Below are positions 43,529-56,463 of a DNA stretch of 64,000 bases, one piece after another. Source of the DNA: Plasmodiophora brassicae (lineage: Eukaryota); contig CP145415.1 in NCBI GenBank assembly GCA_036867785.1, positions 372,001-436,000 on the forward strand, given 5' to 3'. The stretch's first letter is position 1, and every line of letters starts with the position of its first letter. The notes beneath the pieces were generated by a model. The model saw nothing but the letters and a program-made list of their open reading frames with translations. It was not told where the DNA came from and ran no database searches. The position numbers and the translations under genes are program-made.

Positions 43529-46500
43529 TCAGCGACGCTTCGGGTTGTCTTCGTCCTCGTCCGACGACACGTCACCGTAGGTCCAGATGCCGGCGTGCTG
43601 CGCCTTCGCCTCGGCCTCGGCGGCCTTCAGCTTATCGAGCACCTTGCGCAGGCCCCGCGCCGGGCGACTTGGAACGCGTACAACACCATGACGAAGCAGG
43701 ACCTCGTTGACAGACGGCAGCGCCTTCTCCGAAGGCTTGCCAGTCGCTGGGTCGTTGACAGGCGTCAGCGTGACGTGCGCGATGCCCCTTTCGCGATCGA
43801 CCGCGTCAATGTGGGCAGTACAATGCGCGGTCCAAGCCTGTTCCGCGAACAGCGCCATGGCGTCGTCCAGGTAGTCCTTCGACAGAGCGATGCCCGACAG
43901 CGTCGCGTGCTTGGCCAGAGGCGGGACGCGCAGGGCAGGCACGCCTTCAGGGACAGGACGGACAGAGGTGACCTCCGCATGGTTGCCGTAGTCAATGAAG
44001 TTGACCAGATACCGGCCCCCGAGGCCGATCTTGTCGACCTTGGCGCGGCACCACGTACCGTCGTCGAACTGGGCGAGACAGACTGTTGTAACCAACCAAT
44101 GAGATCCCGTCCACAACAGTATGACTAACGCAGGGCGCCTACAGTCTCCGCGCTTCGGGGTGAACGCAGCCGAGCTCGACGGCAGCGCAGCAAGTGCATC
44201 GCGAACTTTGGCCACGTTGGCGTCCTTGACATCCTGGAAGTAGAAGTTCGTCGGGTCAAACAGTTCCGTGATCTGAACCGTCGCCGCCGTCTGCTGCTCC
44301 TGAGCCGCCGACCGCTCCTCTTCCTTCTCTTGCTCCCTACGCAACCGGTCGCGCTCCTCGGCCTTCTTGCGCTCGGCGTCGGGATCCCAGTCCTTCCAGA
44401 TGCCGACGCGCGCCTTCTGGGCGGCTTGCTCAAACGAGATCAGCTCCGCAGAGTACGGGCTACGCTCCGCCTCTCGGCGCATGACATGGGCGTACCCACG
44501 TTCCAGCAGCTGCAGGGCCAGGTTCTTGCGCTCGAAGAACAACGCGCCGACAAAGTTCTCCCCTGCCAACCGACAGATTAGACCAGAGCAGGGGCGATAC
44601 ATCACAACGTTCGCCACCTTTCTCCATAGACTGAACTTCGACTTCGACGTCTTGCTGGAAAATCTTGGAGCGAATGAATTCGTTCACCTCGGCCGCGAGC
44701 GGGTTGGGCGTCTCGCCCTTGCCAGACGGCAGCCGAATCCCAGCCAGCATAAACGTGAAGATGTGCGACATGGAAGGGACGAACAGCTTGACGCGACCGC
44801 CATTGAAAACGTACTCCACAACCGCCTTGACCTTGCCCGCCCGTTGGACAGAGGAGAAGAATTGGTTGGTCTTCATGCTGTGGTCTCGCTGCTTGCGCAG
44901 CTGCTCTTCGGTCGGGTTCTTGGCCGGCACTCGCACCTTCTCACTGAGATCAACCATCGGCTGCGAAGCAGGCTTGCTTCCGTGGATCCCCTTCTTGGCA
45001 GCAGCGGCCTTGCTTTCAGCGGCCTGCAGAGATTCGTAGTGCGCGCTGCGCTCGTCATCCATACGGTGCTTCACGACTTCGGCGAAACCCAGGGAGACAA
45101 TAACCTCGGCAATGTTTTCTTTGCCTTGGAACACGGATGCAAACACACGCTCATCCTGGTCACGGGCGTCTGCGGATGGCTTACGAACATAATCAATGCA
45201 GACGCGAACCTGCGCAGACGGAGTCAGTGTCATCATTGATGACGAAGGCGTTCACCAGGTATATACCTTCTTCCCGATGAGTCTCTTGCGAACCCATTCC
45301 TTTGCTTCCACAGACCAGAGGTCTCCTTCACGGTCCCTGAAGGGAAGGCGCGGGGCGCGAATGCTGGCAAGCGACAGACGGTGCTCCTTCTTGGCGCTAT
45401 CCTCGACAACGATGACATCGGCATTGACGACCTGGACGACTTTGCCAGTAAACTCTTTGCCGCGGACGTCTTCAACGGGTTCGGGCGCCGTGAACTTTTT
45501 CCAGAGACGAAGCTTCTGGGCCTTCGCTGCAGCCTCAGCCACTGCAAGATCGGACTTGTTGGGCGCCAAAGCAGCCGACCAGTCGATGTACTTCGCCAAG
45601 CCATGCTTCAGAAGTGCAACGGCAATGTCGCCTTGCGTAACGGAGACCGTGCCGAACAGGTTGCCGAACTTGTCGCATCCGAACAGCGTGACAGTAACGT
45701 CGCGGTTCAGCAGCCGAGCCGCAGTGAACGCCTGCGCCTCGACAGCCCATTCCTCCGGCTTGTCCTTGGACGTTGCCGCGCCTGTTCTTGCGCCGAGCGG
45801 GATACGCGGGGCCTGAGCACCAGCAAGGTGCACCATGAAGATGGTGTGCGCTTTACCAGGCACCTCGATACGCAACGACGAACCTTCGCGGACCTATTCC
45901 TGATTGTCATATTGGCAGCTCAGCAAACCGCACTAGCACGCTGCCTCGAACCTGGTCAACAATGCCCTGGAGCGCCTTGCCACGGTTTGCGTTGAAGAAC
46001 TCGCGAAGCTCCTCGGCCGTCGTTAGGTACTCAACCTTACGAACGGCGCTGGCGGCCGGCTTCGCCGCATGGACGCCTTTGTGGGCCGCCTCAGCCTCCG
46101 CCTGCGCAGCAATCAAAGGCTCCAGTTCCGGCTTGGGTTTCATGCCCTCTTTCGCGGGTTTGACACGCGCTGTACCAATGGAACTGTTAGGCCTATTGAC
46201 AGCGGCATCGACGCGCAGGAGGCATTACCCCATCCGTTCTTGACAAGGTTCTCCGACAGATCGCCGACACCTTCGAGTTCCGCCGTACCGTAATCGCGTT
46301 GCGACTCGGCATGCGTGTACGTGACGGCAAACTTGACGCGCTTGCCAATGACGAGGCGTCGCAGGTATTCCTTGGCCTCCCAGGCGAACGGCTCGTCGAC
46401 CGCCCCTTTCTTACGGCCCAGCTTCGGGACAACCAGCCCGGACAGGATCAGCGTCTTCTCTGGTGGCGGACGATCCGCGGTGGCGGCTCCGACCAGGACC

Positions 46501-46872
46501 TAGTGCGCCAGAGATAAATGTATCGTCACACGGCAGGCACCACGCGTACATCACGTACAAGGGTATCAGCGGACGGGACGGATTTGACAAGAGCCAGGCC
46601 GCTCAGTATGACGTTACCGGCCGGGGCCGCAGATGCATCGGGCGCATCGACCTTCTCGTCGGCGGCCGGCGTGTTGGCAACTATTAATAGTCGACACGAT
46701 GAGCCGACTGGCAGCACAGCGCATCGTCGTACGTACCGTGCTTCTGGTGGATGCCAAACGAGATCTTGGCCTGGGCGACGGGGTCGGCGTTGACGACCCG
46801 TCCGGCGATTTCGGCGACGGACGGCCCCATGTGCGCCACGGGCTGGACGTCGACGGGCGTGGGCGCCGACAT
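43529..46872 (-). CDS. SND1: Tudor staphylococcal nuclease (Tudor-SN/p100), multi-exon
   Basis: Repeated SNase domains (DEPFAWEAKEYLR, LASIRAPR, VEYVFNGGR), Tudor (CLAQFDDGTWCRA..FIDYGN) and terminal GIWTYGD. Confidence 0.93.
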
Positions 46873-47211
46873 GTCTAGTTGCGGGGCGGGTGTCAGGTGC
46901 TCTGGCCTAGCGTGCGGGCAGCGGGCGGTGTGACGCAGGACGGACGCACACGCACACACACACACACACGGACAGACAGAGAGACCCGGGGTGGTGCACC
47001 GCCGGACGACCAAAATACGAAATTGGTCAACGGGGGGTGAGAGTCCGTCGCGCAGTGCGCCGCCGGCAACCAGTCCACGTCACGACAAAAATCCCCCCGG
47101 CGGCAGCCCCAGCGGCCCAGCGCCTCCGCCTGACGTGTTGACTGCTATTATTATCGGGCAGCGCCAGGGAATATTCCGGCGTCCCGAAGCCAGGGCGCCG
47201 CGTCTGTATCG

Positions 47212-48708
47212 TTATGTGCTGTCTGCGAACCGGACCGGATCGGCAGTGCACTGCTTCTCCAGGTCCAGGGCTAGCGCTTGGCACATGAGGCACTGCGGGT
47301 CGGGCATGCTGCTCTGGGCGTGCAGGAACTTCCATCCCGGGAGCGTCGCCTCGACGGGAAGCGTCTTCCATGCCAGCATTGCGTCGTACGATGACGGAGA
47401 CGCAGACAGGGCGTGCAGGCGGTCGCTCAGCGCCTGGACGCCGCCGAGTGCCCGGTAGTCGATGATGATCTGGTCGCTGGGCACGGGCAGGAAATCCTGA
47501 ATGTTGGGCGCGCCGAGGTACACGGGTACGCAGCCCGCTGTCAACGATTGCCACACTGCACGCGGTGCCATCAGACGCGATGTCGCACAGGCGCCGAACC
47601 TGCTGGCTTACGCTTCTCGGTGACGTAGTCCTGGGCGATAGTGTTCTCTACAAGGGACACATCAGTCTCCTGGTTACAGGGGCAAGGGTGCCAGCGCATG
47701 CTGCCGGATCAGCTTACCCATGGCAACACAGAACTGCGACCCATGTGGTCAGTAGCTGTCTTACGCGTCAAACATGGGGACGCGGGCGCGCGTACCTTGT
47801 AGGTTGAGAAGAGTGCGACCTTGTCGTTGTTGAGTTCAGGCGGGAACTCCCGGTTGTGACTGCACGCTCCAAACGCGTGTACAGGATAGCCTCCCGGCAG
47901 GCGGATCAGCTCGTCCATGATCTGCTGCCTGCCAGACGCCGGTCCGCAGTTGCCGTTCAGGAACGCAACCGCGTCGACCTTCTTCGACTGCGGTATGGGC
48001 GGACGTGTGATGCCCGCCATCCACTCCCCCGAGTACAGGCAGGGGATCGTCGCCGACAACCTGTACGACATCTCGTAGTCGAACTGGCCCATGAAGTTCG
48101 GGTTGTCCAACTCGCCGTAATTCGCCGCGCTGCATGGATGACAATGAGAAACGGTCCGCGACGGCACACCGACGAGCTCGACGGTACCTCTCAATGCTCA
48201 TCACGACGAGCTTCTGGTTCGGGTGCGTTCTCTGGATGCCGCCTGGCGCGCCGGGCACGTGCACCCAGAGCGCGTGGCTCTCCTGTCGACGACTTGGCGT
48301 GTTGGAGAATTCGCACTGCAGGAATTCGCCGTCCCTCCAGGGGCACCGGTCGATGACGTGTGCGTAACCGGGGCCCAGGTAGTGCCCCGAATCAATGTAC
48401 ACGGTCAGCAGGCCGAGCTCCTGTGCAGTCATGGGGCGATACGGGTGCGCTACCGGTTGTCCTCGCAGGGCGTTCAGCTCCTGAATCGGCAGCGGCTTCG
48501 GGGGCGGCCGGGGGCTCATGGGGTCGCGGAATACCAACTCGGTGCCCACCTGCCGGTCGTCGGTCGTCGACATGGTCGCTATCAACAGGAACGACGCGAT
48601 GCTGAGGGCCATCGTGAACGGCAGCAGGTACCGGTGGCGGGCGACGCGCTGCAGCACATGGACCGAGTACGACGGGCGCCGATCCGACGATTTCAACGGC
48701 AACAGCAT
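47212..48708 (-). CDS. GT10 alpha-1,3/4-fucosyltransferase, multi-exon
   Basis: N-terminal TM anchor; spliced motif YK|FCVAME|NTIAQDYVTEKL|WQSLTAGCVPVYLG. Confidence 0.9.
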
Positions 48709-48948
48709 ATCGCACCCGCGGGCGTGCACGAACGTACGCTGGAGGCCCCCCTATCCCGTGCGGGTGCGTTTTGCAAGAGCTGATCACCCGCTCCACCAGT
48801 GCCAGGCCGCAGCGGAAGGCAACCCGCAACGCCGCGACTCGAGACGCACGCCGCACCGATTAATCATGCGAATAATGCCGACCCAGTAGACACGGCCACG
48901 TCGCGCGCGTTGGTAAGGTACCTACACGGCGGCGGGCTCCCGGCTTGC

Positions 48949-50286
48949 ATGGGAGCCGCCGGGTGGCCGCCGGCCCTACTACCAGGGCACATTTTTGCCA
49001 TGGCTGCTGCGTGTGGCGCGTCGCCGACTCTGCGCAGCGTCTGTCGGCAGCTCGTGCCCGCCTGGGCCGACCTGCGTGACGACGACATCGACGTCGACCC
49101 GTTGCTGGGCGGCCTCAGCAACAAGCTGTGGCATGTGCGCCTGCCGGCTCCGGGGGGTCGCCACCCGACCGAGATCGTCCTGCGGCAGTTCTGCACGACG
49201 TCCGGCCTCATCGATCGGCCCTACGAGCAGCGCGTGTTCGCATTCCTCGCCGACACCGGGTTCGCCCCGAAACTGTTCGGCGCCAACGGCGAGTTCCGTG
49301 CAGAACAGTACATACGTGGCGTCTCGCTGACTGTCGAAGTACGCCGACTCCGTATACTCATTGCTCTCTGTACCCGGTACTGAATGTCGTTCAAAGGAGT
49401 TCGGCCGGCCAGCGACACTGGAAGTCGTGGGGGACCTCATTGGGCAATTCCACAGCCTGGAACCGCCGCCGGACGTGACGCGCTATTCGCCAGGCTGTGA
49501 ACGGCCAGCGAACGTCCTCGAACAATGCGATCAATGGGTTCGGACAGCGCTGGACGCGGCCCAGCATGCCAATCCGGAACTGGTCGACAGGCTGCGGCGA
49601 TGCAAGGACGAGTTCGATCGCATCGTCAGGCCGCTCTTGCTCATGGCGCAGTCGCCCGTCGTCTTTTGCCATAACGATGTTCAGGAAGGCAACGTCATAC
49701 GATCCGACGACAATGAGTACTTTCTCATCGACTGTATGTCAGACCTTGCCCCGCGGGTCGAGACGCGCTAAACCTGATCTCACTGCATGCAGATGAAGTA
49801 AGCGTGGCATGAGCGTCGTCACGACCGCCCAGGTGCTGAGTGATGTCACCGTAGTATGCGGCCTGGAACTTCAGAGCATACGATCTCGCCAATTCTCTGT
49901 GCGAAACCGTGATCGACAACCAGGCCGACAACGAGCACGGGTTTGCAATACGACCGGATCTCGCACCTTCTCCGGATGCCATTAGGGGTATGGCGGTCTC
50001 CTACCTGAAACGCGTGCAGGCGCTCACGCCTCGCGGGCGCCGTCGCTCAATCACGTCGTCTGCGGTCGACGCTCTAATCGAGGTCTGTCTGCTGACCGGA
50101 TTCTATACGCATGTGCACCTGATTGGGACGGCTGCCCAGGAGGTCAAACTGTTCAAGCCCGTCTCCCATCTGCTGTGGGCGGCCTGGGCGGTGGCCAAGG
50201 TCCACGGCAGCGCCATCGAGTTCGGGTACGCGCAGTACGCACGCGCACGGCTCGACCTGTTCGACAGGGAGCTCCAAAGAGGTTAA
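48949..50286 (+). CDS. Choline/ethanolamine kinase, multi-exon, including a 5-nt micro-exon
   Basis: GGLSNKL, PKLFG, Brenner motif FCHNDVQEGN, spliced LIDYEYAAWNFRAYDLAN, SHLLWAAWA; start could be 48949 or 49000. Confidence 0.92.
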
Positions 50287-50395
50287 AACGGTATGCGGAC
50301 GAAGATGAGTAAAGCGTGGATCGCCAACTGGTAGTTCCTCAGGCGCGACTGGGAACATGATGTCAGCGTCGGCGCCTACTGGATGCACAGCGATT

Positions 50396-50468
50396 GCCCG
50401 ATTAGCTCAGTTGGTAGAGCATGCGTCTAATAAGCGCAAGGTCATCAGTTCGAGACTGATATTGGGCA
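50396..50468 (+). tRNA. tRNA-Ile (AAT)
   Basis: Acceptor GCCCGAT/ATTGGGC, D arm TAGCTCAGTTGGTAGAGC, anticodon loop CTAATAA, T loop TTCGAGA, downstream T tracts. Confidence 0.95.
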
Positions 50469-50766
50469 CGTACCGTTTTGCTATCTTTTTTGTCGATTGA
50501 GGCGGCCTACCTACTCCAGTGCAATAAGGAATGGCAAACGTGATCGGTGCTGCCACCGTCACATAAGGTGACCCACTACAGATGACTGGCGAACCTGGCA
50601 GCGCTCATTGGCGACATCTGTCTCCCCAACTGATGCCCTCGTGCAGTTGATTGGCTATTGTTGGATGTACCGCGTCAGGAGACTCGCCTGCGTCGACGCG
50701 TGCCCCAGGCCACCTAACGCGTTCCGAACGAAACGGTCTGCAAGTACTTATTGTCGCGTGACGTGA

Positions 50767-51910
50767 TCAGTGTGTAGAAATACGCGACTCGATTGCGGTC
50801 AACGACGATCTTAGCGCCCGCGTTGCATCGTGGGTCGCACTGTCCACAATCGAGCAGATATCGTCCCAAAGCGTGCCCAGACGCGGTTCAACGGCCATGA
50901 CGCATGGATCCACGATGCTGCTGTAGAGCGTGTTCGCCCCGCGATAACCGGGAAGCAGGCACCAGAGCACAAACACCACCTTCAACGGGTAATAGAAAGG
51001 GAAACTACGACACACGTTGAACCACGAGCGCGCCCGGCGCAGCAGCGACAGACGAGACCGACCTGGACAGGAACGAATCCGCAACGACCTCCGACATCTG
51101 GAATACGCCAAACACGACCTGACACACGTGTGCAGATCATCAGGGTGCCTTGTTGCATGCCGAACCGCACAGTTCCAACGGTGGTTACCCAGTACATCAG
51201 CCACGACGACACGTCCGACTTGCCGGGGTCATCGCTTTCCAGGCAGCGGAACGACGCATAGATCGGGTACAGGAACCCAATCCACAAACTAGGAGGACGA
51301 ACGTCAGCAAATGGGACCCCAACGTTCTGCAGCGGCGCACGCCCACACCAACGCTTACCACAGGGCGCTGCTGCCGAACCCGAACAGGATGAAGGCCATT
51401 GCTGCGGCGGCCGCCAGGATCAGCAGGTGCGCCTTGCGAATGCCCGTGTACTCCTCGATGTCGTTCAGCGCATCTGCCGTTCCCCACCGACCGAATCAGC
51501 ACGGTTCGACGTCGCGTGTCGCGGCCCAGTACGTATACCGTATTGCTCCAGGCGATCGTCCAGCTGTGCGGGCAACCCGTCAGCGACGCGCAACGAACGA
51601 CGACACCATCCACAACGACCTTCTGCAACTGGTCGACGGATCCTACCCGCCGCCCTGATACCGATGCAGGCACGGCGACGGGTCGTGCCGGCGATGTCCA
51701 CCCGGCCAGGGTCTGCGCCACCGAATTCAGGGCGGCGAACGCGGCCGCCGACGCCTTGTGCCGTCGCGCCCGGTTGCGCGCCAGGCGCCGGCGCCGCTCC
51801 TCGGCCGTCTCGGGCGGCATGCCCCGTTCCGGCGATGGCGACGGTCGCCGGTCGCCCGGGCGGCGCCGTCGCGGACGCCCGTCCGCCTCCGCATCATCCG
51901 TGTCCGCCAT
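50767..51910 (-). CDS. HVA22/TB2-DP1 (REEP/Yop1-like) ER-shaping protein, multi-exon
   Basis: IGFLYPIYASFRCLES...WLMYW; FPFYYPLKVVFVLWCLLP..RGA..LY. Confidence 0.85.
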
Positions 51911-52102
51911 TCGTTCCCGACCGCCAATGCGGACTCTCTCCCTCTCTCTCGTTCTGTGCCCGACCGAGCCCAGTTGCCGCCGGTCGCCGAGGATGACGTC
52001 GTATCATTTACTACGTTCTATGTTTAGATTCGGTTCGTCGCGTTCCTCAGGTGACCGATGGCAGGTTAGCATTGGATCGTGGCGTTGGCTGGCAGGCCCC
52101 AA

Positions 52103-54659
52103 TCAGGGCGGCGCTGCGCCGGGGAAGGTGAACGACGACAGACCGGGTTCCCTGTCAATGTGCTGCGCACGTCAGTACTCTGCTCTGGGCAGCGGGCGCA
52201 CCACCACAGGTGACAGATACAGTGTCGTCAGCGCCGGCGCCCTGCTGAATGCGCCCGTCGCGATGCACCCGATCTGGTTGTGGCCCAAATCGCTACACAC
52301 ACACACACACACACACCGGTCACGACCGTTCTACAATGTTCGCCAGGCGATCGCGGACGTACAGGGAGGCCAGCAACGGCAGGTCGCGGAACGTGTCCTG
52401 CTCGACGGCTTGGAGCCCGTTCTGCTCTAACGAACTGGGCATTCACTGCGTTGGTGGCATACAACGCCGACAATTCGCCATTGGGACGTACAGGTCGGCC
52501 AGCAACGTCAGGCCGTTGAACGTCCCGCTCCTGATCGAACCGATGCGATTCCTGGCCAGCGACCTGCGCCGCGCGTCTGACCGATCAGTTGATGGTGTCC
52601 GGTGGCTAAGACGCACATACAGGGCAACGAGCGTCGACAGCCCGGCGAACGCATCCTGCTCGATCATCTCGATCTCGTTGTCGCCCAGGTTGCTGCGCAA
52701 CGGTCAGTTCGCCGTTGTCGATTCGCGCATTGAACACGTACAGGAAGGCGAGCGAAGACATCCCGTGAAACACGCCGACCTCAATAACCTGGAGCCGGTT
52801 GTTGCCCATCCACCTATTGGCGATCCGTTAGTCGCTGCGCATTGGACCATCTGGCGTCATACACACAGAACGTTCAGTGCCATGCCGTCGAAGGCGCCCT
52901 TCTCGATCGCCTGGATCTCGTTGTCGTTTACGTAACTGGGCGGTATTCGATCAGTCCCGTTGGACAATGGCAGTGCTGGTGACCCGTACAGTTGCGCTAA
53001 CGACGGTAGCCCAGCGAGCATGCCTTTGTCGATCGATGTCAGGCGATTGTCACACAACGCGCTGCGTGCACAGCTGGTTCAGCGGATGGCGTCAGGTGGC
53101 GCCAGCGCCCCGACCGTGACGATACGTACAGGTGGTTCAGCAGCGGTAGCCCATGAAACGCGCCGCCCTCAATGGCCCGGATCCGATTCTTCGCCAAGCG
53201 GCTGGTGTGCCAACGTCAGTTATTCGCGGCCGGCGAGCATGCCGCTGTCGTACAGTTTGGTCAGTGAGGACATGCCAATGAACGTGCCAGCCTCTATCGT
53301 CCGTATCTCGTTCTGTATGAACGACCTGTGCAACGTTCAGCGACCGGGTGACGGGTCGGCGAGGTTCAACAACCGGCCCCTACAGGTCCTGCAGTGCCGA
53401 CATGCCAGCGAACGCGCCTTTCTCGATCGTCCGGATCCGGTTGTCATTCAGGTACCTGTTCAGCGATTACTGAGATGAAAATCACGTTGCGTTATGCATG
53501 TCGGTGGTGGATCCGCACCATGTGGTTAACGAGGGCAGGTCGGCGAACACGTCCTTCTGGATCGACTGGATCCGGTTACCGGACAGGTACCTGCACGAAG
53601 AGATGAGCTGGCCGCGCCCGGTCCGATGCCTGAACGATCTATAGGCGTACAAGGTAGAGAGGGTCGACAGGCCGTGAAAGGCGCCGCTCTCGATTGTCTC
53701 GATCCGGTTCCTCTCCAGGTACCTGGTGCACAGCGTCCGTTAAGTGGTCGGAGCGATGACGGGGATCGGTACGAACAGATGGGTCAGGCATCGGCACGCG
53801 ACGAACGCCCGACTGGTGATCGACTCGATGTGGTTGTTACTCAGGTCACTGGATAGCAGACCAGAGTTAATAGAAACGCGGGCGCTGGATACGTGTGCTG
53901 GCACCGTACAGTTCGCTGGACGACGAGACAGACGTGATATTGGCGAACCAGTCGTTCGATAAGCTCCCCCAGACCGCGGCATGTGTGCACCTGCTCGTCC
54001 TGGTCAGGCTTGCCGTACACTTGCCCTGAAAGAAGCTGCGCGCCATGCGCCTGACGAAATCGGTGATGAAATCGGCTGGTAGACGTACGCCCACCCTACA
54101 GCACTTGTCGGTTATATACGAAGACGTCCCCGTTATACGATTCATGACATACGCTGCGGCAGACGTCGCCAAGTAGTCAAACACACTCGACGACGACCAC
54201 ACGGGCGGTCTTGCTGGATCGGCGCTTAACGCCTGGACAACTAAATCCGACAAAGGATCCAGGACGCCTTGCATGTTCAGGTAATCGGCGATGCCCATCA
54301 TGCGAAACAGGGCTCGAGGGTCGTCCTCGGATGGCAGGACGCCGTCTACCATGTAAGCCTCCATCTGTGGACGGCCGGCCGACGTTATATGCCTATAACG
54401 GGCCATCGTCGCGATCGACACGACGTCAGGGACAGGCACAACGTACCAGTCGGAACCGCTCCGCGTTGATATATGGGAGCGAGAAGTTTCTGTCGACGTC
54501 GTCCGGTGACGTGCCGAGCATGTCGTGTATCATCTTGGAGTGCGCCACGACAATGGACATGTTCACGTACACGACGACGCCGTCGGCCAGCTCGAAATGA
54601 ATGCCGCCGACGCTGGCGGCTAGCGCCGACAGTAGAGCGAGACGCAGAAGCACTGGCAT
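52103..54659 (-). CDS. Secreted SKP1/BTB-like + leucine-rich-repeat protein; ~13 LRRs, each on its own ~72-nt exon
   Basis: Signal-peptide-like MPVLLRLALLSALAASVGG; HSKMIHDML..LPYINAERF..LFRMMGIADYLNM; repeats xLxxNxIxxIxxGxFxGLxxLxxL separated by GT-AG introns. Confidence 0.85.
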
Positions 54660-55314
54660 TCGCGAGACAGCTGGGTTGGCCGTTTGTCGATAATCGGGCG
54701 GATGTCTGGCTACCAGTGCGGCGGCCGAGGGGTGCGGTCGTGCGGACCTGCCACAAATAGAACGCCCTCGTCACCACTGACACGCGGTCGACCAGAGCGC
54801 CGCCGGAAATAGGTCAGGCCCTGAAAGTTAATAGGCCCTGAAAGTCATATACCGCACCGACGGCAGCAACATGCTGCGTTGGTGACGACGGTCGCCGTCG
54901 ACCACCATTCGATGGACAGGAACGCGCATGCGCTCAGTGCGCCCGGTACGTACCTGTGCCGTCGACGTCCCCGACCCGACAGACAGAAGCCTGCGCGCAT
55001 GCATGCAGCCCTGGCCGATGCCACGCTCGGCGCGATGATCGACGACGACATGACCGTCGAATGACGTACCCAGCATTCCGATATGTACCACAATTAACGG
55101 AGCTCAGATCGAGGCTGCGTCAACTCGCCACACGAGCGGCGACCGGCTGTTGTTCATCGTCGACAAACCACTCACTCGGTCTCTCATGCCCAACTGTAGA
55201 GCAGGACGCAGCTAGCGTGGATTCTTTGAACGTGGTCCGCGGTCGCTGAGAGCAACCTGGACGCCGAGGACATCCATAGGCACTATACTATAGACTAGGC
55301 GGTTCGGCATGCGT

Positions 55315-55798
55315 TTATATACGGTCCTTGGCGGCACGGCCGGCTTCGAAACTGATCGTGCGTAACAGCGTATCTGTGAAGTCGACCAGGTGCTGGTTAC
55401 GCTCCAGGGCATCAGCAAGGGCCTGGCGAGGTTTGCCCGCCAAGTCCCGAATAATGTCTCGCAGTTCCCTGCTGCGCAACGCGCCCTGCACCTCCTCTGA
55501 ACGCTCTACCGTACGACATCGCGGATTCAGCATCGGAGCGCAAACCCGGGAAGAACGCCCTACCAATCAGCGCCCGATCCGCGTCCGTCAGCAGCACCCA
55601 TTCCGAATGTTCCGCGCCCAGCGACCGCGCCGCATCGGCAGTACCGCGCTGGTCGTCGGCGACAGGTGCAGTGGGCGCGCACCCGGTCGCCGTGTGCGAT
55701 TTATAGCAGGCCACGGAACAGTACCGAGCAACGCGACAGGCCGGGCATCGGTACCGCGCCGATGCCGCGTCGCAGACGTGGCATGGCTCGTCCGCCAT
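55315..55798 (-). CDS. HIT-type zinc finger protein (ZNHIT3/Hit1-like)
   Basis: CHVC...RYRCPAC...YCSVACYKSH and a C-terminal L..EL..II......F.D.LL segment. Confidence 0.8.
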
Positions 55799-56463
55799 CG
55801 TTTGCCGCTCTGACCCAGTCGCCGCCCTGCAGTCGCGCAGTTTTCCAACGGTGCGGTCCCCGGGCCGAAAACGCGTTACCTGCCAGCCAACATCCGAGCC
55901 AGACACGAGCAGCCGCGCTGGACGGATGTTACATCGGATCATGCTCCCGGGCGACGACTGCAACGGTATATTCACCCAGCGGTCCCTAAGCGAATCGGGT
56001 AGCGCGCTGCGTTGCGGAACAATGACGACTCTGGGGTGCTCCGGTTTCAAACCGTGGTCATTGTGCACCCTTAGACAGCACGTCGCGCGTCGTACACCGG
56101 TACTCTGCGACGCAGGGCTGGACGGGAGTGCCATCGGGACGGAAAGGGGGGCACAGCCGGCGAGCGCGACTGGACGAAAAGTCGCGAACGCCGTGACTGG
56201 GGGGCCGGGGGAGGCGTCCAACTCCGCAGCGCACATTGACATAGCGTAGGACCGCACACAGCCGCGCGCCGGCCATCGACCAGATACGCTCCCCGTGACG
56301 CGTGACCATCACCACAGCTGACCGCCGCCAGAGTTCCATCCGGGTCCGGAAACACACACACGCGCAAGGCCCCGGGGCCACCGCCCGTCGCGTATCGTCA
56401 ACGTTCGGTGGTGCGGGTTCCGTTGCGGTACGACGTGGACGGTCCGGCTCCGGGCGTAACCAC

